A DNA stretch of 64,000 bases from Escherichia coli. Lineage in GTDB: Bacteria; Pseudomonadota; Gammaproteobacteria; Enterobacterales; Enterobacteriaceae. A program made the translations under genes and the position numbers. The DNA is taken from NCBI RefSeq assembly GCF_050920415.1, contig NZ_CP169309.1; one strand, 5' to 3'. Positions 11,942 to 24,298 of the stretch are shown piece after piece (position 1 is the stretch's first letter; each line of letters opens with the position of its first letter). Under the pieces are notes generated by a model. That model saw only the letters and a list, made by a program, of their open reading frames with translations. It did not search any database and had not been told where the DNA came from.

Positions 11942-12850
11942 ATGCGGATGAATATGTCTGACTTTGCCACTTTCTTTGCCGTGGCCCGTAATCAAAGCTT
12001 TCGTGCAGCAGGCGATGAGTTAGGCTTATCTTCGTCCGCCATTAGCCATAGTATTAAAACACTGGAACAACGTCTTAAAATTCGCTTATTCAATCGGACA
12101 ACCCGAAGCGTATCGTTAACGGAAGCGGGTTCTAATCTCTATGAACGATTGCGCCCAGCTTTCGACGAAATTCAGATCATGTTAGATGAGATGAATGATT
12201 TTCGTCTGACACCGACAGGTACGCTCAAAATCAATGCCGCCCGGGTAGCTGCACGTATATTTTTAATACCTTTACTGGTTGGTTTCACACGTGAATATCC
12301 TGATATTAAAGTCGAGCTCACAACTGACGACTCTCTTGTTGATATCGTCCAGCAGGGCTTTGACGCTGGCGTTCGACTTAGTGGCATCGTCGAAAAAGAT
12401 ATGATCAGCGTGGCGATCGGCCCGCCAGTGAAATTATGTGTAGCAGCAACGCCAGAGTACTTTGCAAGATATGGCAAACCCCGCCATCCTCATGATCTGC
12501 TTAATCATCAATGTGTTGTTTTTCGTTATCCCAGCGGCAAACCTTTCCACTGGCAATTTGCAAAGGAGCTGGAAATTGCTGTCGCAGGAAATATCATTCT
12601 GGATGATGTTGATGCTGAACTGGATGCCGTTTTGATGGGTGCTGGTATCGGGTATCTGCTCTATGAACAGATCAAGGAGTACCTTGATACCGGTCGTTTA
12701 GAATGTGTACTGGAAGACTGGATCACAGAGCGTCCAGGCTTCCAGATCTATTACCCAAACCGCCAGTATATGTCCTGCGGCTTGCGCGCATTTCTCGATT
12801 ATGTAAAAACGGGTCAGATCTGCCAGAGTCAGCGTCACCGACCACAATAA
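11942..12850 (+). CDS. ycaN: LysR-family transcriptional regulator YcaN
   Basis: 302-aa ORF; N-terminal helix-turn-helix region then LysR substrate-binding domain; divergent from ycaK. Confidence 0.85.
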   Translation: MRMNMSDFATFFAVARNQSFRAAGDELGLSSSAISHSIKTLEQRLKIRLFNRTTRSVSLTEAGSNLYERLRPAFDEIQIMLDEMNDFRLTPTGTLKINAARVAARIFLIPLLVGFTREYPDIKVELTTDDSLVDIVQQGFDAGVRLSGIVEKDMISVAIGPPVKLCVAATPEYFARYGKPRHPHDLLNHQCVVFRYPSGKPFHWQFAKELEIAVAGNIILDDVDAELDAVLMGAGIGYLLYEQIKEYLDTGRLECVLEDWITERPGFQIYYPNRQYMSCGLRAFLDYVKTGQICQSQRHRPQ

Positions 12851-14281
12851 TTATTTGCTATTCGCTTTACGCGCCAGCAGCGGGAATATCAGCCCTAATC
12901 CCACCAGCACAAACGGCGTTGCAACATTCAGCGCCAACTGGAATGTCCACTCTGCGGTGAAGGCTTCCATTTTCGGGAAAATACCCGTCAGGCAGGCAAA
13001 AGCGGTAAAGGCAAAACACCAAATTCCGACGGTCATTGCCAGCGGCTTATTACGAATAAAGACATATTCCGGCTTATATTTCTGCGCCAGGCGAACAACT
13101 GCAATAAATGCAACAAATACCCATAAATAACGCAGCGGCATCACTACCGAGTTAAGGTTCAACAGCCATTTATAGAGATTGTTCATATCACCGATGCCGA
13201 GAGTCGGCAGCATAATCAGGATCGCCACCAGCACCAGGGTCAGAAAATAGCCATTAACGGGCGTACCAGATGCGTTGGTACGACATAAACTGGCAGGAAT
13301 ATATTTGCTGTCAGCATCGCCTAATAATACTTTAAGCGGCGCATCAATCGAGAATACCAGCGCAGCTACTTGACCCAGAGTATTCGCAATGGCGTAAATC
13401 ACCATTAAAGTATTACCCATGCTGTAATACTCGCCCAGCTTCTGGAAGGCGTAATACTGGCCGTTGGTCATTAAGTCATCGGGAATATTGCGGGAGTCAA
13501 ACATCATCCCCATTGCAAGCGATCCAAGGATCGCGCACACCGCAACCATCACCGCCAGGCATAACATCCCTTTTGGAAATTCTTTTCCTGGGTTGCGCGT
13601 TTGATTAACGTAGGGAGAAATCTTCTCTGCTCCACCAACCGCAAAGACCAGCATTGAAATAGTGGTAATGTAGGTAAAGTCGATATGAGGAATAAACGTT
13701 TCCCAGGTAATGTTTGTGGTCGCAATATGCACTTCAGTAATCGCAGGCGCGGTTACCGCCATCGCCACATACAGGAGCGACATAACAAACATCGCAATCC
13801 CTGCCACAGAACCGACGATTTTCAGCGATTTCATACCGCGTGAAGCAACCCACATAAAGAAGACAAACAGCACCAGCGTTAACCCCTGTAACGCTACGAC
13901 GGAATATTCTTTGATTAGCGAACCGTCGCCTTTCATCGCCCAACCGAGCGCAATCAGTATTGCCTGGGGTTTTTGTGCCAGATAGGGAATATGCACTACC
14001 CAGTAGGTCCACGCGGCGAGGTAAGCCAGTCCGGGTCCCATCGTGTGTTTAATCCAGGTACTGACCCCGCCCTTCCCATCTTTGAAGGTCGAGCCTAACT
14101 GACCAACAATTAGCGCATAAGGTGTGAAATAGAGCGCAAAGATAAACACCCATGAAAAAACAACCACCAGCCCCTGGTTGGCGTAGTTATTAACAACGTT
14201 GCCAAAACCCCAGACAGTGATAAAAGACATCAGCGCAATGTTGTACCATCGCAGCTGTTTTTCCTGAACATTCCCAGCCAT
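12851..14281 (-). CDS. ycaM: APC-family amino acid/polyamine transporter YcaM
   Basis: ORF 12851..14473; internal ATG at 14279-14281 gives MAGNVQEKQLRWYNIALMSF; polytopic membrane protein. Confidence 0.85.
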   Translation of the reverse strand: MAGNVQEKQLRWYNIALMSFITVWGFGNVVNNYANQGLVVVFSWVFIFALYFTPYALIVGQLGSTFKDGKGGVSTWIKHTMGPGLAYLAAWTYWVVHIPYLAQKPQAILIALGWAMKGDGSLIKEYSVVALQGLTLVLFVFFMWVASRGMKSLKIVGSVAGIAMFVMSLLYVAMAVTAPAITEVHIATTNITWETFIPHIDFTYITTISMLVFAVGGAEKISPYVNQTRNPGKEFPKGMLCLAVMVAVCAILGSLAMGMMFDSRNIPDDLMTNGQYYAFQKLGEYYSMGNTLMVIYAIANTLGQVAALVFSIDAPLKVLLGDADSKYIPASLCRTNASGTPVNGYFLTLVLVAILIMLPTLGIGDMNNLYKWLLNLNSVVMPLRYLWVFVAFIAVVRLAQKYKPEYVFIRNKPLAMTVGIWCFAFTAFACLTGIFPKMEAFTAEWTFQLALNVATPFVLVGLGLIFPLLARKANSK

Positions 14282-14490
14282 AGACAAATCCTTCGCCAAA
14301 ATTAAAGGGGCATCTGTAAAACGAGGGATTATGCGCGGCAAATAAGAAGTGCGGAAATAGCGAAATGCAAAATTATAACCTGCTGCACATTTTATTTTGA
14401 AACGAATAAAATTTTGAAAAAAGCAAGTCAGAGAGAAGAAACAAAAAAGCAGAGTGTGAAACAGTAAGTTCACACTCTGCGTTAATTCAT

Positions 14491-15639
14491 TTACACGTGA
14501 GCAACGGGTTTCGGCGTATGACCGGCGTTGCGAAGCAGCATCAGCAAATAGATAAATGATACGCTGGCGATCATGATAAACAATAAATTATCGGAGAAAT
14601 TCTGCATTAGCATGGCAGTAAATGACGGACCAAGCAGGCTTCCCACAGTATAGCTCAACAGTAAGGCCTGGTTCATCGCCACCAGTTGATGATGTTCAAC
14701 TTTCTCGCAAGCCCATGCCATCGCCACCGGATATAGCGTAAAGCCAGCGGCACCGAGGATGAATAAAGCCGGGGCCATCGCCGCCTGGCTAAGCATCGCG
14801 ATACTGCCGAGAATGACGACAAAGACCTGAACACGCAACACCAGCAGTCGACCAAACTTATCCGCCAGACGTCCAATCGGCCATTGTCCAAGGATACCCG
14901 CACTGACCAGGACCGCCATCCAGAAACCAATGCTGGCATTGCTCACCCCTTTGTGATTGAGGTACAGCGGCATCAGGCCATATAGAGATCCCAGAACGAT
15001 TCCTGAGATAATGCAGCCATTCACGCCAAGCCGCGCCTGACGGAGTTTTAGCATTGACGTAATTGACGTCGAATCATGGTTTTCAGCCTGCTGATTCAGC
15101 ACACGCGTAAACAACAGCGGTAAGATCCCTGCCAACGTCAAACCTGTAACCCACGGCAATACGGACATCAGCTCGGTTGAAACTTTGCTGACCAGTAACT
15201 GGCCTAAAAACGTTCCCACGTAATAAACCATCATATACGCAGCAAGCAAACGACCACGGTTACGTGACGTCCCACTGCACATCAGCGCGCTCTCAACGAC
15301 CACCCAAATCATGGCACAGCCGACACCCGCTACAAAACGCCACGCCAACCAGCTCCAGAAACCAATCATCAGGCCAAGACCTGCACAGCCAGCGGCAAAA
15401 ATGAAGGAGGCCAGATAATAGCTGCGGTTAAAGCCAATGCGCTTAATGACATACCCTGTCAGCAATGTACCGACCAGGTTGCCGGTAAAATAGGATGAGC
15501 TGACAACGCCTACCTGCCATGTGGACATATGTTCCTGGGCGAGCCAAAGCGGCACGAGCGTATTTAACACTGCGATCGCCAAAGTCAACAAAAGCAGGCC
15601 AGACAGCAAAAGCATGACAGGCCGGGTATACGTGGACAT
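14491..15639 (-). CDS. ycaD: MFS transporter YcaD
   Basis: 382-aa hydrophobic ORF in the conserved position. Confidence 0.88.
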   Translation of the reverse strand: MSTYTRPVMLLLSGLLLLTLAIAVLNTLVPLWLAQEHMSTWQVGVVSSSYFTGNLVGTLLTGYVIKRIGFNRSYYLASFIFAAGCAGLGLMIGFWSWLAWRFVAGVGCAMIWVVVESALMCSGTSRNRGRLLAAYMMVYYVGTFLGQLLVSKVSTELMSVLPWVTGLTLAGILPLLFTRVLNQQAENHDSTSITSMLKLRQARLGVNGCIISGIVLGSLYGLMPLYLNHKGVSNASIGFWMAVLVSAGILGQWPIGRLADKFGRLLVLRVQVFVVILGSIAMLSQAAMAPALFILGAAGFTLYPVAMAWACEKVEHHQLVAMNQALLLSYTVGSLLGPSFTAMLMQNFSDNLLFIMIASVSFIYLLMLLRNAGHTPKPVAHV

Positions 15640-15953
15640 GAATTAAAACCGTGAGGAAGTTCAAATTTCATGCGCATCATGCCACCGCCAAAAACATTGT
15701 CAATGGGTGAAAATACGCGCATATCGCAGCTGAGGTATTATCGATTTATATTACTCATTCATAACGCTAATGCTGGAGAGACGATTAATCTCATCTGATT
15801 GTTTTTATTGATCTAACACAAATTTCATACGCTTCGTTCAGTCGAAAAATTTCATGGTCACAGCAAACTCATATTTCCCGTCTATGCTTTCAGAGCAATG
15901 CATCGCGTCTGACCGATTTCAGACGTACCGCTGACTCTCGAAAGGAGAAGAGG

Positions 15954-16580
15954 ATGACCAAACCGTATGTTCGTCTCGATAAAAATGATGCTGCCGTTTT
16001 GCTTGTTGATCACCAGGCTGGTTTACTTTCCCTTGTACGGGATATCGAACCCGATAAGTTTAAAAATAACGTGCTGGCGCTGGGTGATCTGGCTAAGTAT
16101 TTCAACTTATCTACTATTCTTACCACCAGTTTTGAAACCGGTCCTAACGGCCCATTAGTTCCAGAACTGAAAGCACAGTTCCCCGATGCACCTTACATTG
16201 CTCGCCCGGGAAATATTAACGCCTGGGATAACGAAGATTTTGTGAAAGCGGTAAAAGCGACAGGTAAAAAACAATTGATTATCGCTGGTGTGGTAACCGA
16301 AGTTTGCGTTGCGTTCCCGGCACTTTCGGCAATTGAAGAAGGGTTTGATGTCTTTGTCGTGACTGACGCGTCAGGGACCTTTAATGAAATTACCCGGCAT
16401 TCGGCGTGGGATCGAATGTCGCAAGCGGGTGCGCAATTGATGACATGGTTCGGCGTGGCGTGCGAGCTGCATCGCGACTGGCGTAATGATATTGAAGGAC
16501 TGGCGACGTTGTTCTCTAACCATATTCCTGATTATCGTAATTTGATGACCAGTTATGACACGTTAACGAAGCAGAAATAA
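15954..16580 (+). CDS. ycaC: isochorismatase-family hydrolase YcaC
   Basis: 208-aa ORF starting MTKPYVRLDKNDAAVLLVDHQAGL. Confidence 0.9.
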   Translation: MTKPYVRLDKNDAAVLLVDHQAGLLSLVRDIEPDKFKNNVLALGDLAKYFNLSTILTTSFETGPNGPLVPELKAQFPDAPYIARPGNINAWDNEDFVKAVKATGKKQLIIAGVVTEVCVAFPALSAIEEGFDVFVVTDASGTFNEITRHSAWDRMSQAGAQLMTWFGVACELHRDWRNDIEGLATLFSNHIPDYRNLMTSYDTLTKQK

Positions 16581-16615
16581 AAGAGAACCGGGGCCGAAAC
16601 CCCGGTTGTTACTCA

Positions 16616-17479
16616 TTAACTTGCGACGGCCATCCCCACGGTCATATGCAAACCATAGAATACGCCACGACCGATTAATTCCCCTGCCAGAAGCAGAATG
16701 AATGATACAGAAAGTAGCGGAACTGCAGGCTGATAACCTTTTAGCTGTGGGGCAATCCACAAGCACAGGGCAACAGCCAAAAGTACGATACGCCAGGACA
16801 TCAGCGCACCATAGTCCGGCACCAGCGCTGCAGCCTGCTGCACAGAGCTATGAATAGTCGCCAGCTCTGCGCCCTGCATCACTGACACCACGCCACTCAC
16901 TACCAGGGCCAGTACAGAAATAGCTGGCAGCAGACGCATCGCCCAGCCATCGACGCCAGCCAGACTCAGTAACAGGTAACCCAGTAACGGGCCGCCCATG
17001 AACATCGTCAGGAAGAAGCCCATCGGTGTCCAGATGCTGTACCAGGTGGGTACGGTATCGATGCTGTTATAAACGCGCACCATCATCCAGACAAAGACTA
17101 CGCCAAGAACCATCGTCACCACCAGCCACAGCGTACGCAGTGCTGGCGACAGCTTTTTCAGTATTGCCAGCACCCAACCGATGCCACCAACGGCAAAAAA
17201 GATCGAACCGCTGGCGATTTCGTTACTGAGTGCTGAAGCCCCTACCCGGTTGAGCGAGTTAAAAGCGCGCATCGGCGAACCAAGATGGAGCATAGAGGCG
17301 ATAAAGCCAATACCCATCAGCACCCATAAGCCAAACATACAGGCAATAACACGCTGCTGGGCTTCTGCTCGCAGGTCGCCTTTGAGCAGCGCCAAAGCCA
17401 GAACGATAAAACCACCTGCTACACATTGCCCGAAGACCGTGAAGATCATCAGCGGCCATTCATGCCATCCACTTCCCAT
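16616..17479 (-). CDS. dmsC: DMSO reductase membrane anchor subunit
   Basis: ATG at 17477-17479 gives MGSGWHEWPLMIFTVFGQCVAGGF; hydrophobic. Confidence 0.9.
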   Translation of the reverse strand: MGSGWHEWPLMIFTVFGQCVAGGFIVLALALLKGDLRAEAQQRVIACMFGLWVLMGIGFIASMLHLGSPMRAFNSLNRVGASALSNEIASGSIFFAVGGIGWVLAILKKLSPALRTLWLVVTMVLGVVFVWMMVRVYNSIDTVPTWYSIWTPMGFFLTMFMGGPLLGYLLLSLAGVDGWAMRLLPAISVLALVVSGVVSVMQGAELATIHSSVQQAAALVPDYGALMSWRIVLLAVALCLWIAPQLKGYQPAVPLLSVSFILLLAGELIGRGVFYGLHMTVGMAVAS

Positions 17480-17480
17480 C

Positions 17481-18098
17481 TCACACCTCCTTCGGGTTTG
17501 CCAGATAGCCAGTGGTATCCCCGGTCGGGCGGCTGTTGGCATTGGGTTTGATCACAATATTCGGTTTGGTAAAGTGAGCTCGCGGCAACGGCGCAACAGC
17601 CGCCAAATCGCCATGTTTTTTACGCAGCTCGTCGATAGGGCCGAAATCCAGCGCCCGCAGCGGGCAGGATTCTACGCAGATCGGTTTTTTCCCCTCCGCA
17701 ACACGGTCATAACAACCATCGCATTTGGTCATATGGCCTTTCGTTTCGTTATATTGCGGTGCGCCGTACGGGCAAGCCATATGGCAGTAACGGCAGCCAA
17801 TGCATACATCTTCATCGACCACAACAAAACCATCTTCACGTTTATGCATCGCACCGCTCGGGCAGACTTTAGTACAAGCCGGATCTTCGCAGTGGTTACA
17901 TGAAATCGACAGATAGTAGGCAAACACGTTCTGATGCCAGACACCGTTATCTTCCTGCCAGTCACCGCCAGCATATTCATAAATGCGGCGGAAGCTGACT
18001 TCCGGCGTCAGATCTTTATAGTCTTTACAGGCCAGCTCGCAGGTTTTGCAACCGGTGCAACGGCTGGAATCAATAAAAAATCCATACTGGGTTGTCAT
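17481..18098 (-). CDS. dmsB: DMSO reductase iron-sulfur subunit (4x[4Fe-4S])
   Basis: 205-aa ORF with repeated ferredoxin-type Cys clusters (CTGCKTCELACK, CIGCRYCHMACP). Confidence 0.95.
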   Translation of the reverse strand: MTTQYGFFIDSSRCTGCKTCELACKDYKDLTPEVSFRRIYEYAGGDWQEDNGVWHQNVFAYYLSISCNHCEDPACTKVCPSGAMHKREDGFVVVDEDVCIGCRYCHMACPYGAPQYNETKGHMTKCDGCYDRVAEGKKPICVESCPLRALDFGPIDELRKKHGDLAAVAPLPRAHFTKPNIVIKPNANSRPTGDTTGYLANPKEV

Positions 18099-18108
18099 CG
18101 GTTACTCC

Positions 18109-20553
18109 TTACACCTTTTCAACCTGAACCAGGTTTGTATGTGACGGATTCCCCTTAGCGAGAGGAGACGGACGTTGAGTGGTCAGTACGTTAATACAAC
18201 CGCCCTTATCGACACGTTTTGCATCCGGGTCATACCAGGCACCTTCACCCAGTGCGACCACACCCGGCATCATTCGTGGCGTCACTTTTGCCTCAATGTG
18301 AACCTCACCACGGTCGTTAAAGATCCTGACCTTATCGCCGTTGTTGATACCGCGTTTTTGTGCATCAAGCGGGTTGATCCACATTTCCTGACGGCAAGCT
18401 GCTTTCAGCACATCAACGTTGCCGTAAGTTGAGTGAACGCGAGATTTGTAGTGGAAGCCAGTAAGCTGCAGCGGATATTGTTTGTTCAGCGGATCCTGAT
18501 AACTTTCAAAGCCCGGCGTGTAGATCGGCAGTGGATCGATCACGTCGCCTTCTGGCAATTCCCAGGTCGCGGCAATGTCAGCAAGCGCCTGCGAATAAAT
18601 CTCAATTTTACCCGATGGCGTGGTCAGTGGATTTGCCTGCGGATCTTCACGGAAGGCTTTATAAGCAACGTGATGCCCTTGTGGGTCGCGCTTTTTAAAG
18701 ATCCCCTGCTTGCGGAACTCTTCAAACGTTGGCAGTTCAGGAATCGCTTCCCGCGACTGGGCATACAGATGCCGCATCCACTCTTCCTGGGTACGGCCTT
18801 CGGTGAACTGCTGCTCGACGCCAAGACGTTTTGCCAGTTCACTGGTCATCTCATAGATGGTCTTACATTCAAAGCGCGGTTTAATCACCTGGTCGTTGAA
18901 AATCACATAAGACATATTCCCGCAGGATGCATCCAGCGCAAAGTCCATCTGTTCGGAAGCAGTGCAGTCAGGCAGCAGGATGTCAGCATATTTCGCCGAT
19001 GAGGTCATGTGGCAGTCGATAACCACAATCAGCTCGCACTTCTTATCATCCTGGAGGATTTCATGAGTACGGTTGATTTCAGAATGCTGGTTAATCAGGC
19101 AGTTACCGGCATAGTTCCAGATCATTTTGATCGGCACATCAAGCTTATCTTTCCCGCGCACCCCATCACGCAGCGCTGTCATTTCCGGGCCACGTTCAAT
19201 GGCATCGGTCCACATAAACATCGAAATGCTGGTCTGGATCGGGTTTTCGAGGGTCGGCATACGGACAAAAGGTAAGCTGTATGAACCTTCACGCGCGCCG
19301 CTGTTGCCCCCGTTAATACCAACGTTACCGGTCAGAATCGCCAGCATTGAGATAGCACGGGTTGCGATTTCACCGTTAGCGTGACGCTGCGGCCCCCATC
19401 CCTGACTGATAAACGCGGGTTTAGTACTGCCGATCTCACGTGCCAGTTTGACGATTTTGTCTGCCGGAACACCGGTAATTTGCGAGGCCCATTCCGGTGT
19501 TTTGGCCACGCCATCTGGCCCTTCCCCCAGAATATAAGCTTTATAGTGACCATTTTTCGGTGCACTGGCTGGCAGGGTTTTCTCGTCGTAGCCAACGCAA
19601 TATTTATCGAGGAATTCCTGATCAACCAGATTTTCGCTGATCATGACGTACGCCAGACCATTAACCAGTGCGGCATCTGTTCCCGGACGAATGGGGATCC
19701 ACTCATCTTCACGCCCTGCACCGGTGTCGGTATAGCGCGGATCGATAATGATCATACGAGCGTTGGATTTCTGACGAGCCTGCTCAAGGTAATAAGTCAC
19801 CCCACCACCGCTCATTCGCGTTTCGCCAGGGTTATTACCAAACAGTACCACCAGCTTACTGTTTTCAATATCTGACGGGCTATTACCATCCGCCCAGCCG
19901 CCGTAGGTATAGTTCAAACCTTCCGCAATTTGCGCGGAAGAGTAGTCACCGTAATGGTTCAGATAACCGCCGCAGCAGTTCATCAGGCGAGCGACCAGGG
20001 TATTTCCCGGCGGCCAGGAGCGGGTCATGGTGCCGCCCAGCGTACCGGTACCATAGTTCAGATAGATAGACTCGTTGCCGTACTCTTTGATCAGACGCTG
20101 CATGTTCGTGGCGATAATGTCGTAGGCTTCTTCCCAGCTAATGCGCTCGAATTTGCCTTCGCCGCGCGCCCCAACTCGTTTCATCGGATATTTCAGGCGG
20201 TCAGGGTTATAAACGCGGCGACGCATGGAACGCCCACGCAGGCAGGCGCGTACCTGGTGCAGCCCGTCGTAATTATCATCGCCGGTATTGTCTGTTTCGA
20301 CATATTTGATTTCACCGTCCACTACGTGCATACGTAGCGGGCAGCGGCTACCACAGTTAACTGTACAGGCGCTCCAGATAACCTTTTCGTCTGACTTTGC
20401 CGGAAGGGCACTATCAACAGCGTGCGCAATCCGACTAAAAGGTAAGGTTAATGCGCTGCTGGCCATTGCCAGGCCGCCGATCGCTGTCGTTTTTACCAAA
20501 CCACGGCGACTCACCTCAGCAGCCAATACCGCATCAGGGATTTTCGTTTTCAT
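18109..20553 (-). CDS. dmsA: DMSO reductase molybdopterin catalytic subunit, Tat-exported
   Basis: 814-aa ORF; twin-arginine signal (SRRGLVKTTAIGGLAMA). Confidence 0.95.
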   Translation of the reverse strand: MKTKIPDAVLAAEVSRRGLVKTTAIGGLAMASSALTLPFSRIAHAVDSALPAKSDEKVIWSACTVNCGSRCPLRMHVVDGEIKYVETDNTGDDNYDGLHQVRACLRGRSMRRRVYNPDRLKYPMKRVGARGEGKFERISWEEAYDIIATNMQRLIKEYGNESIYLNYGTGTLGGTMTRSWPPGNTLVARLMNCCGGYLNHYGDYSSAQIAEGLNYTYGGWADGNSPSDIENSKLVVLFGNNPGETRMSGGGVTYYLEQARQKSNARMIIIDPRYTDTGAGREDEWIPIRPGTDAALVNGLAYVMISENLVDQEFLDKYCVGYDEKTLPASAPKNGHYKAYILGEGPDGVAKTPEWASQITGVPADKIVKLAREIGSTKPAFISQGWGPQRHANGEIATRAISMLAILTGNVGINGGNSGAREGSYSLPFVRMPTLENPIQTSISMFMWTDAIERGPEMTALRDGVRGKDKLDVPIKMIWNYAGNCLINQHSEINRTHEILQDDKKCELIVVIDCHMTSSAKYADILLPDCTASEQMDFALDASCGNMSYVIFNDQVIKPRFECKTIYEMTSELAKRLGVEQQFTEGRTQEEWMRHLYAQSREAIPELPTFEEFRKQGIFKKRDPQGHHVAYKAFREDPQANPLTTPSGKIEIYSQALADIAATWELPEGDVIDPLPIYTPGFESYQDPLNKQYPLQLTGFHYKSRVHSTYGNVDVLKAACRQEMWINPLDAQKRGINNGDKVRIFNDRGEVHIEAKVTPRMMPGVVALGEGAWYDPDAKRVDKGGCINVLTTQRPSPLAKGNPSHTNLVQVEKV

Positions 20554-20723
20554 AATGGCTCACTCAAGCTTGCTCACGATTGATTCCAGTAACAAACCGT
20601 ATTGTGTAATTATTTCTATAGCAGGTCGCTATATAGGTTTGTATACATCGAATGATTTGAAAATCAAAGAGATAGGCAGATTTTCACTCGAAAGTAGTAT
20701 TACGTGTAAGTGAGGAGTAATTA

Positions 20724-20737
20724 TTGTTCGGTATCAA
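20724..20737 (-). promoter_or_regulatory. FNR box of the dmsA promoter (TTGATaccgAACAA, minus-strand reading)
   Basis: Reverse complement of 20724-20737 is ttgataccgaacaa; dmsABC is a known FNR-activated operon. Confidence 0.6.
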
Positions 20738-20747
20738 AGGGAGACAA

Positions 20748-20773
20748 AAAAAGCGCCCGAAGGCGCTTTTTAG
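20748..20773 (-). terminator. rho-independent terminator downstream of serS (bidirectional hairpin)
   Basis: aaagcgcc-cgaa-ggcgcttt hairpin flanked by A-run and T-run. Confidence 0.7.
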
Positions 20774-20791
20774 ATTCAGAAAAATTGGGTA

Positions 20792-22105
<1,314 letters not shown>

Positions 22106-22174
22106 TTAAATGGGAGATGTGGCCACAGCCTGCGACCACAGGGATACAGTAACAACATTACCGCAACGATAACA

Positions 22175-23518
22175 TTAACGGTAGCGTTTTATGGGGCTAT
22201 TTTGATCCTGTTCAGCCAGCCAGGCGAGCTTTTCGCCAATCTTGCCTTCAAGGCCCCTGTTTGTCGGGAAATAATAGCGTGTTTGTGCTATTTCCGGCGG
22301 GAAGTAAACCTCACCGGCAGCATAAGCGTTTGCTTCATCATGAGCATAACGATATTCCTGACTGTAGCCCATTTCCTTCATTAATTTTGTCGGCGCATTA
22401 CGCAAATGAACCGGCACGTCATAATCCGGACGTTCGCGAGCATCGGCCAGCGCGGCTTTAAATGCGGTATAGACAGCGTTACTTTTTGGCGCGCAGGCCA
22501 GGTAAACAATCGCCTGAGCAATGGCACGTTCACCTTCAGCCGGACCAACTCGAGTAAAGCAATCCCAGGCCGCAATAGCCACCTGCATCGCCCGTGGGTC
22601 AGCATTACCCACATCTTCAGACGCAATCGCCAGGCAGCGACGCGCGACATATAACGGATCTCCACCGGCGGTAATAATTCGCGCATACCAGTACAGCGCC
22701 GCATCGGGTGCGCTCCCACGCACCGATTTATGCAGTGCAGAGATCAGATCGTAAAAGCGATCGCCTTTGTTATCAAAGCGGGCGCTACGCTCACCGGCGA
22801 TTTCGGTCAGTAATTCAGGCTTCAGGACCCGCTTACCGCTATCATCGACTTCGGCCATATCCGCCATCATTTCCAGCGTATTTAACGCCCGGCGCGCGTC
22901 GCCATTCACCAGTTCAGCAATGGCGCGTCGTGTTTCATCTGGCAGAACAATATCCTGACCACCATAGCCACGGGTTTTGTCTTCCATCGCCTGAGTCAGT
23001 ACTTGCTCAATATCCTCTGTACTGAGGGATTTCAGCAGATAGACACGGGCACGGGAAAGCAGCGCCGAATTAAGCTCAAACGACGGGTTTTCAGTCGTCG
23101 CACCAATAAAAGTGATGGTGCCGTCTTCAATATGTGGCAGAAATGCATCCTGCTGGCTTTTGTTGAAACGGTGAACTTCGTCAACAAAAAGAATAGTGCG
23201 GCGACCAGCATTGCGGTTTTGCCGAGCGCGCTCGATCGCCTCGCGAATCTCTTTCACGCCAGAGGTGACGGCAGAAATACGTTCCACATCAGCGTTCGCA
23301 TAACGGGCTATAACTTCAGCGAGGGTTGTTTTGCCGGTACCCGGTGGCCCCCAGAGGATCATAGAATGCAAATGCCCAGCTTCGATAGCGCGCGGCAATG
23401 GCTTCCCGGCAGCCAGCAAATGTTGCTGGCCGATATACTGTGCTAAATTTTCTGGCCGCATACGCGCGGCCAGAGGTTGAAAAGTATTATCCGAAAAATC
23501 GAGCGACAGATTGCTCAC
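22175..23518 (-). CDS. rarA: recombination-associated AAA+ ATPase RarA (MgsA)
   Basis: 447-aa ORF; Walker [12 protein letters not shown]. Confidence 0.95.
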   Translation of the reverse strand: MSNLSLDFSDNTFQPLAARMRPENLAQYIGQQHLLAAGKPLPRAIEAGHLHSMILWGPPGTGKTTLAEVIARYANADVERISAVTSGVKEIREAIERARQNRNAGRRTILFVDEVHRFNKSQQDAFLPHIEDGTITFIGATTENPSFELNSALLSRARVYLLKSLSTEDIEQVLTQAMEDKTRGYGGQDIVLPDETRRAIAELVNGDARRALNTLEMMADMAEVDDSGKRVLKPELLTEIAGERSARFDNKGDRFYDLISALHKSVRGSAPDAALYWYARIITAGGDPLYVARRCLAIASEDVGNADPRAMQVAIAAWDCFTRVGPAEGERAIAQAIVYLACAPKSNAVYTAFKAALADARERPDYDVPVHLRNAPTKLMKEMGYSQEYRYAHDEANAYAAGEVYFPPEIAQTRYYFPTNRGLEGKIGEKLAWLAEQDQNSPIKRYR

Positions 23519-23528
23519 TCAGGTGCCT

Positions 23529-24140
23529 CTACTTACGTTGATCATCTACCGTGACGCCTTGCGGCGGGGTGAAGGTAAATTTCGCTGCATCCACAGCCCC
23601 ATTTTGCTGGGATTTCAGCTGATAACTGCTGCGCTGATCGTCCTGCTCCACCGCGCTAAACTGATGGATTGTGCCATCACGCCCTACGTTAATGGTGAAC
23701 TGCTTCAAATTGCCATTGCTGGCTTTCGGCGTCAGGACAAAGTCATCGCCATTCTGTTTGATATTGTACTGCTGCCAGTCGCTGGACTGGTTGCGGGCAA
23801 TCAGCATAAACGGCGTATTACCGGTGGCATCTTTCAGCCAGGTTGCCGTAGCTTGCTCAACGAACGGGTTATAGAACCACAGTGTTTTACCGTCAGAAAC
23901 CAGAATGCTTTCATCAGGTTGAGTCATATGCCAGTTGAATAAGTTTGGACGTTTCACCCACAGATCGCCCTGACCTTCCTGCACCGCAGCGCCGCTACCG
24001 TCAGTCACTTTTTGTGTGAAGCTGGCGTGGAAGCTGCTGACTTTATCCAGACGGCTTTTCAGATCGCTTGCGGCATCAGCCCAAACACTGGACGCCACTA
24101 AACTTGAGAGTAATGCACAGGTGATGGCAATTTTTTTCAT
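23529..24140 (-). CDS. lolA: outer-membrane lipoprotein carrier protein LolA
   Basis: [21 protein letters not shown] signal peptide; 203 aa. Confidence 0.95.
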
Positions 24141-24252
24141 CATTGTTCCTCAAATTACGTCACTCCCGATCGGGAGTTCCCTCTACTCTCTATTCCAGGC
24201 TAATAATCAGCTTGAGGAAAGAAGAAAATACTGAATTTTCAGTTGATAGAGT

Positions 24253-24288
24253 GCCGGATGCAACGCTACCTCGCCTTATCCGGCCTAC
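24253..24288. repeat. REP (palindromic unit) element between ftsK and lolA
   Basis: gccggatgcaacgctacctcgccttatccggcctac resembles the E. coli REP consensus. Confidence 0.7.
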
Positions 24289-24298
24289 GATGCATTAA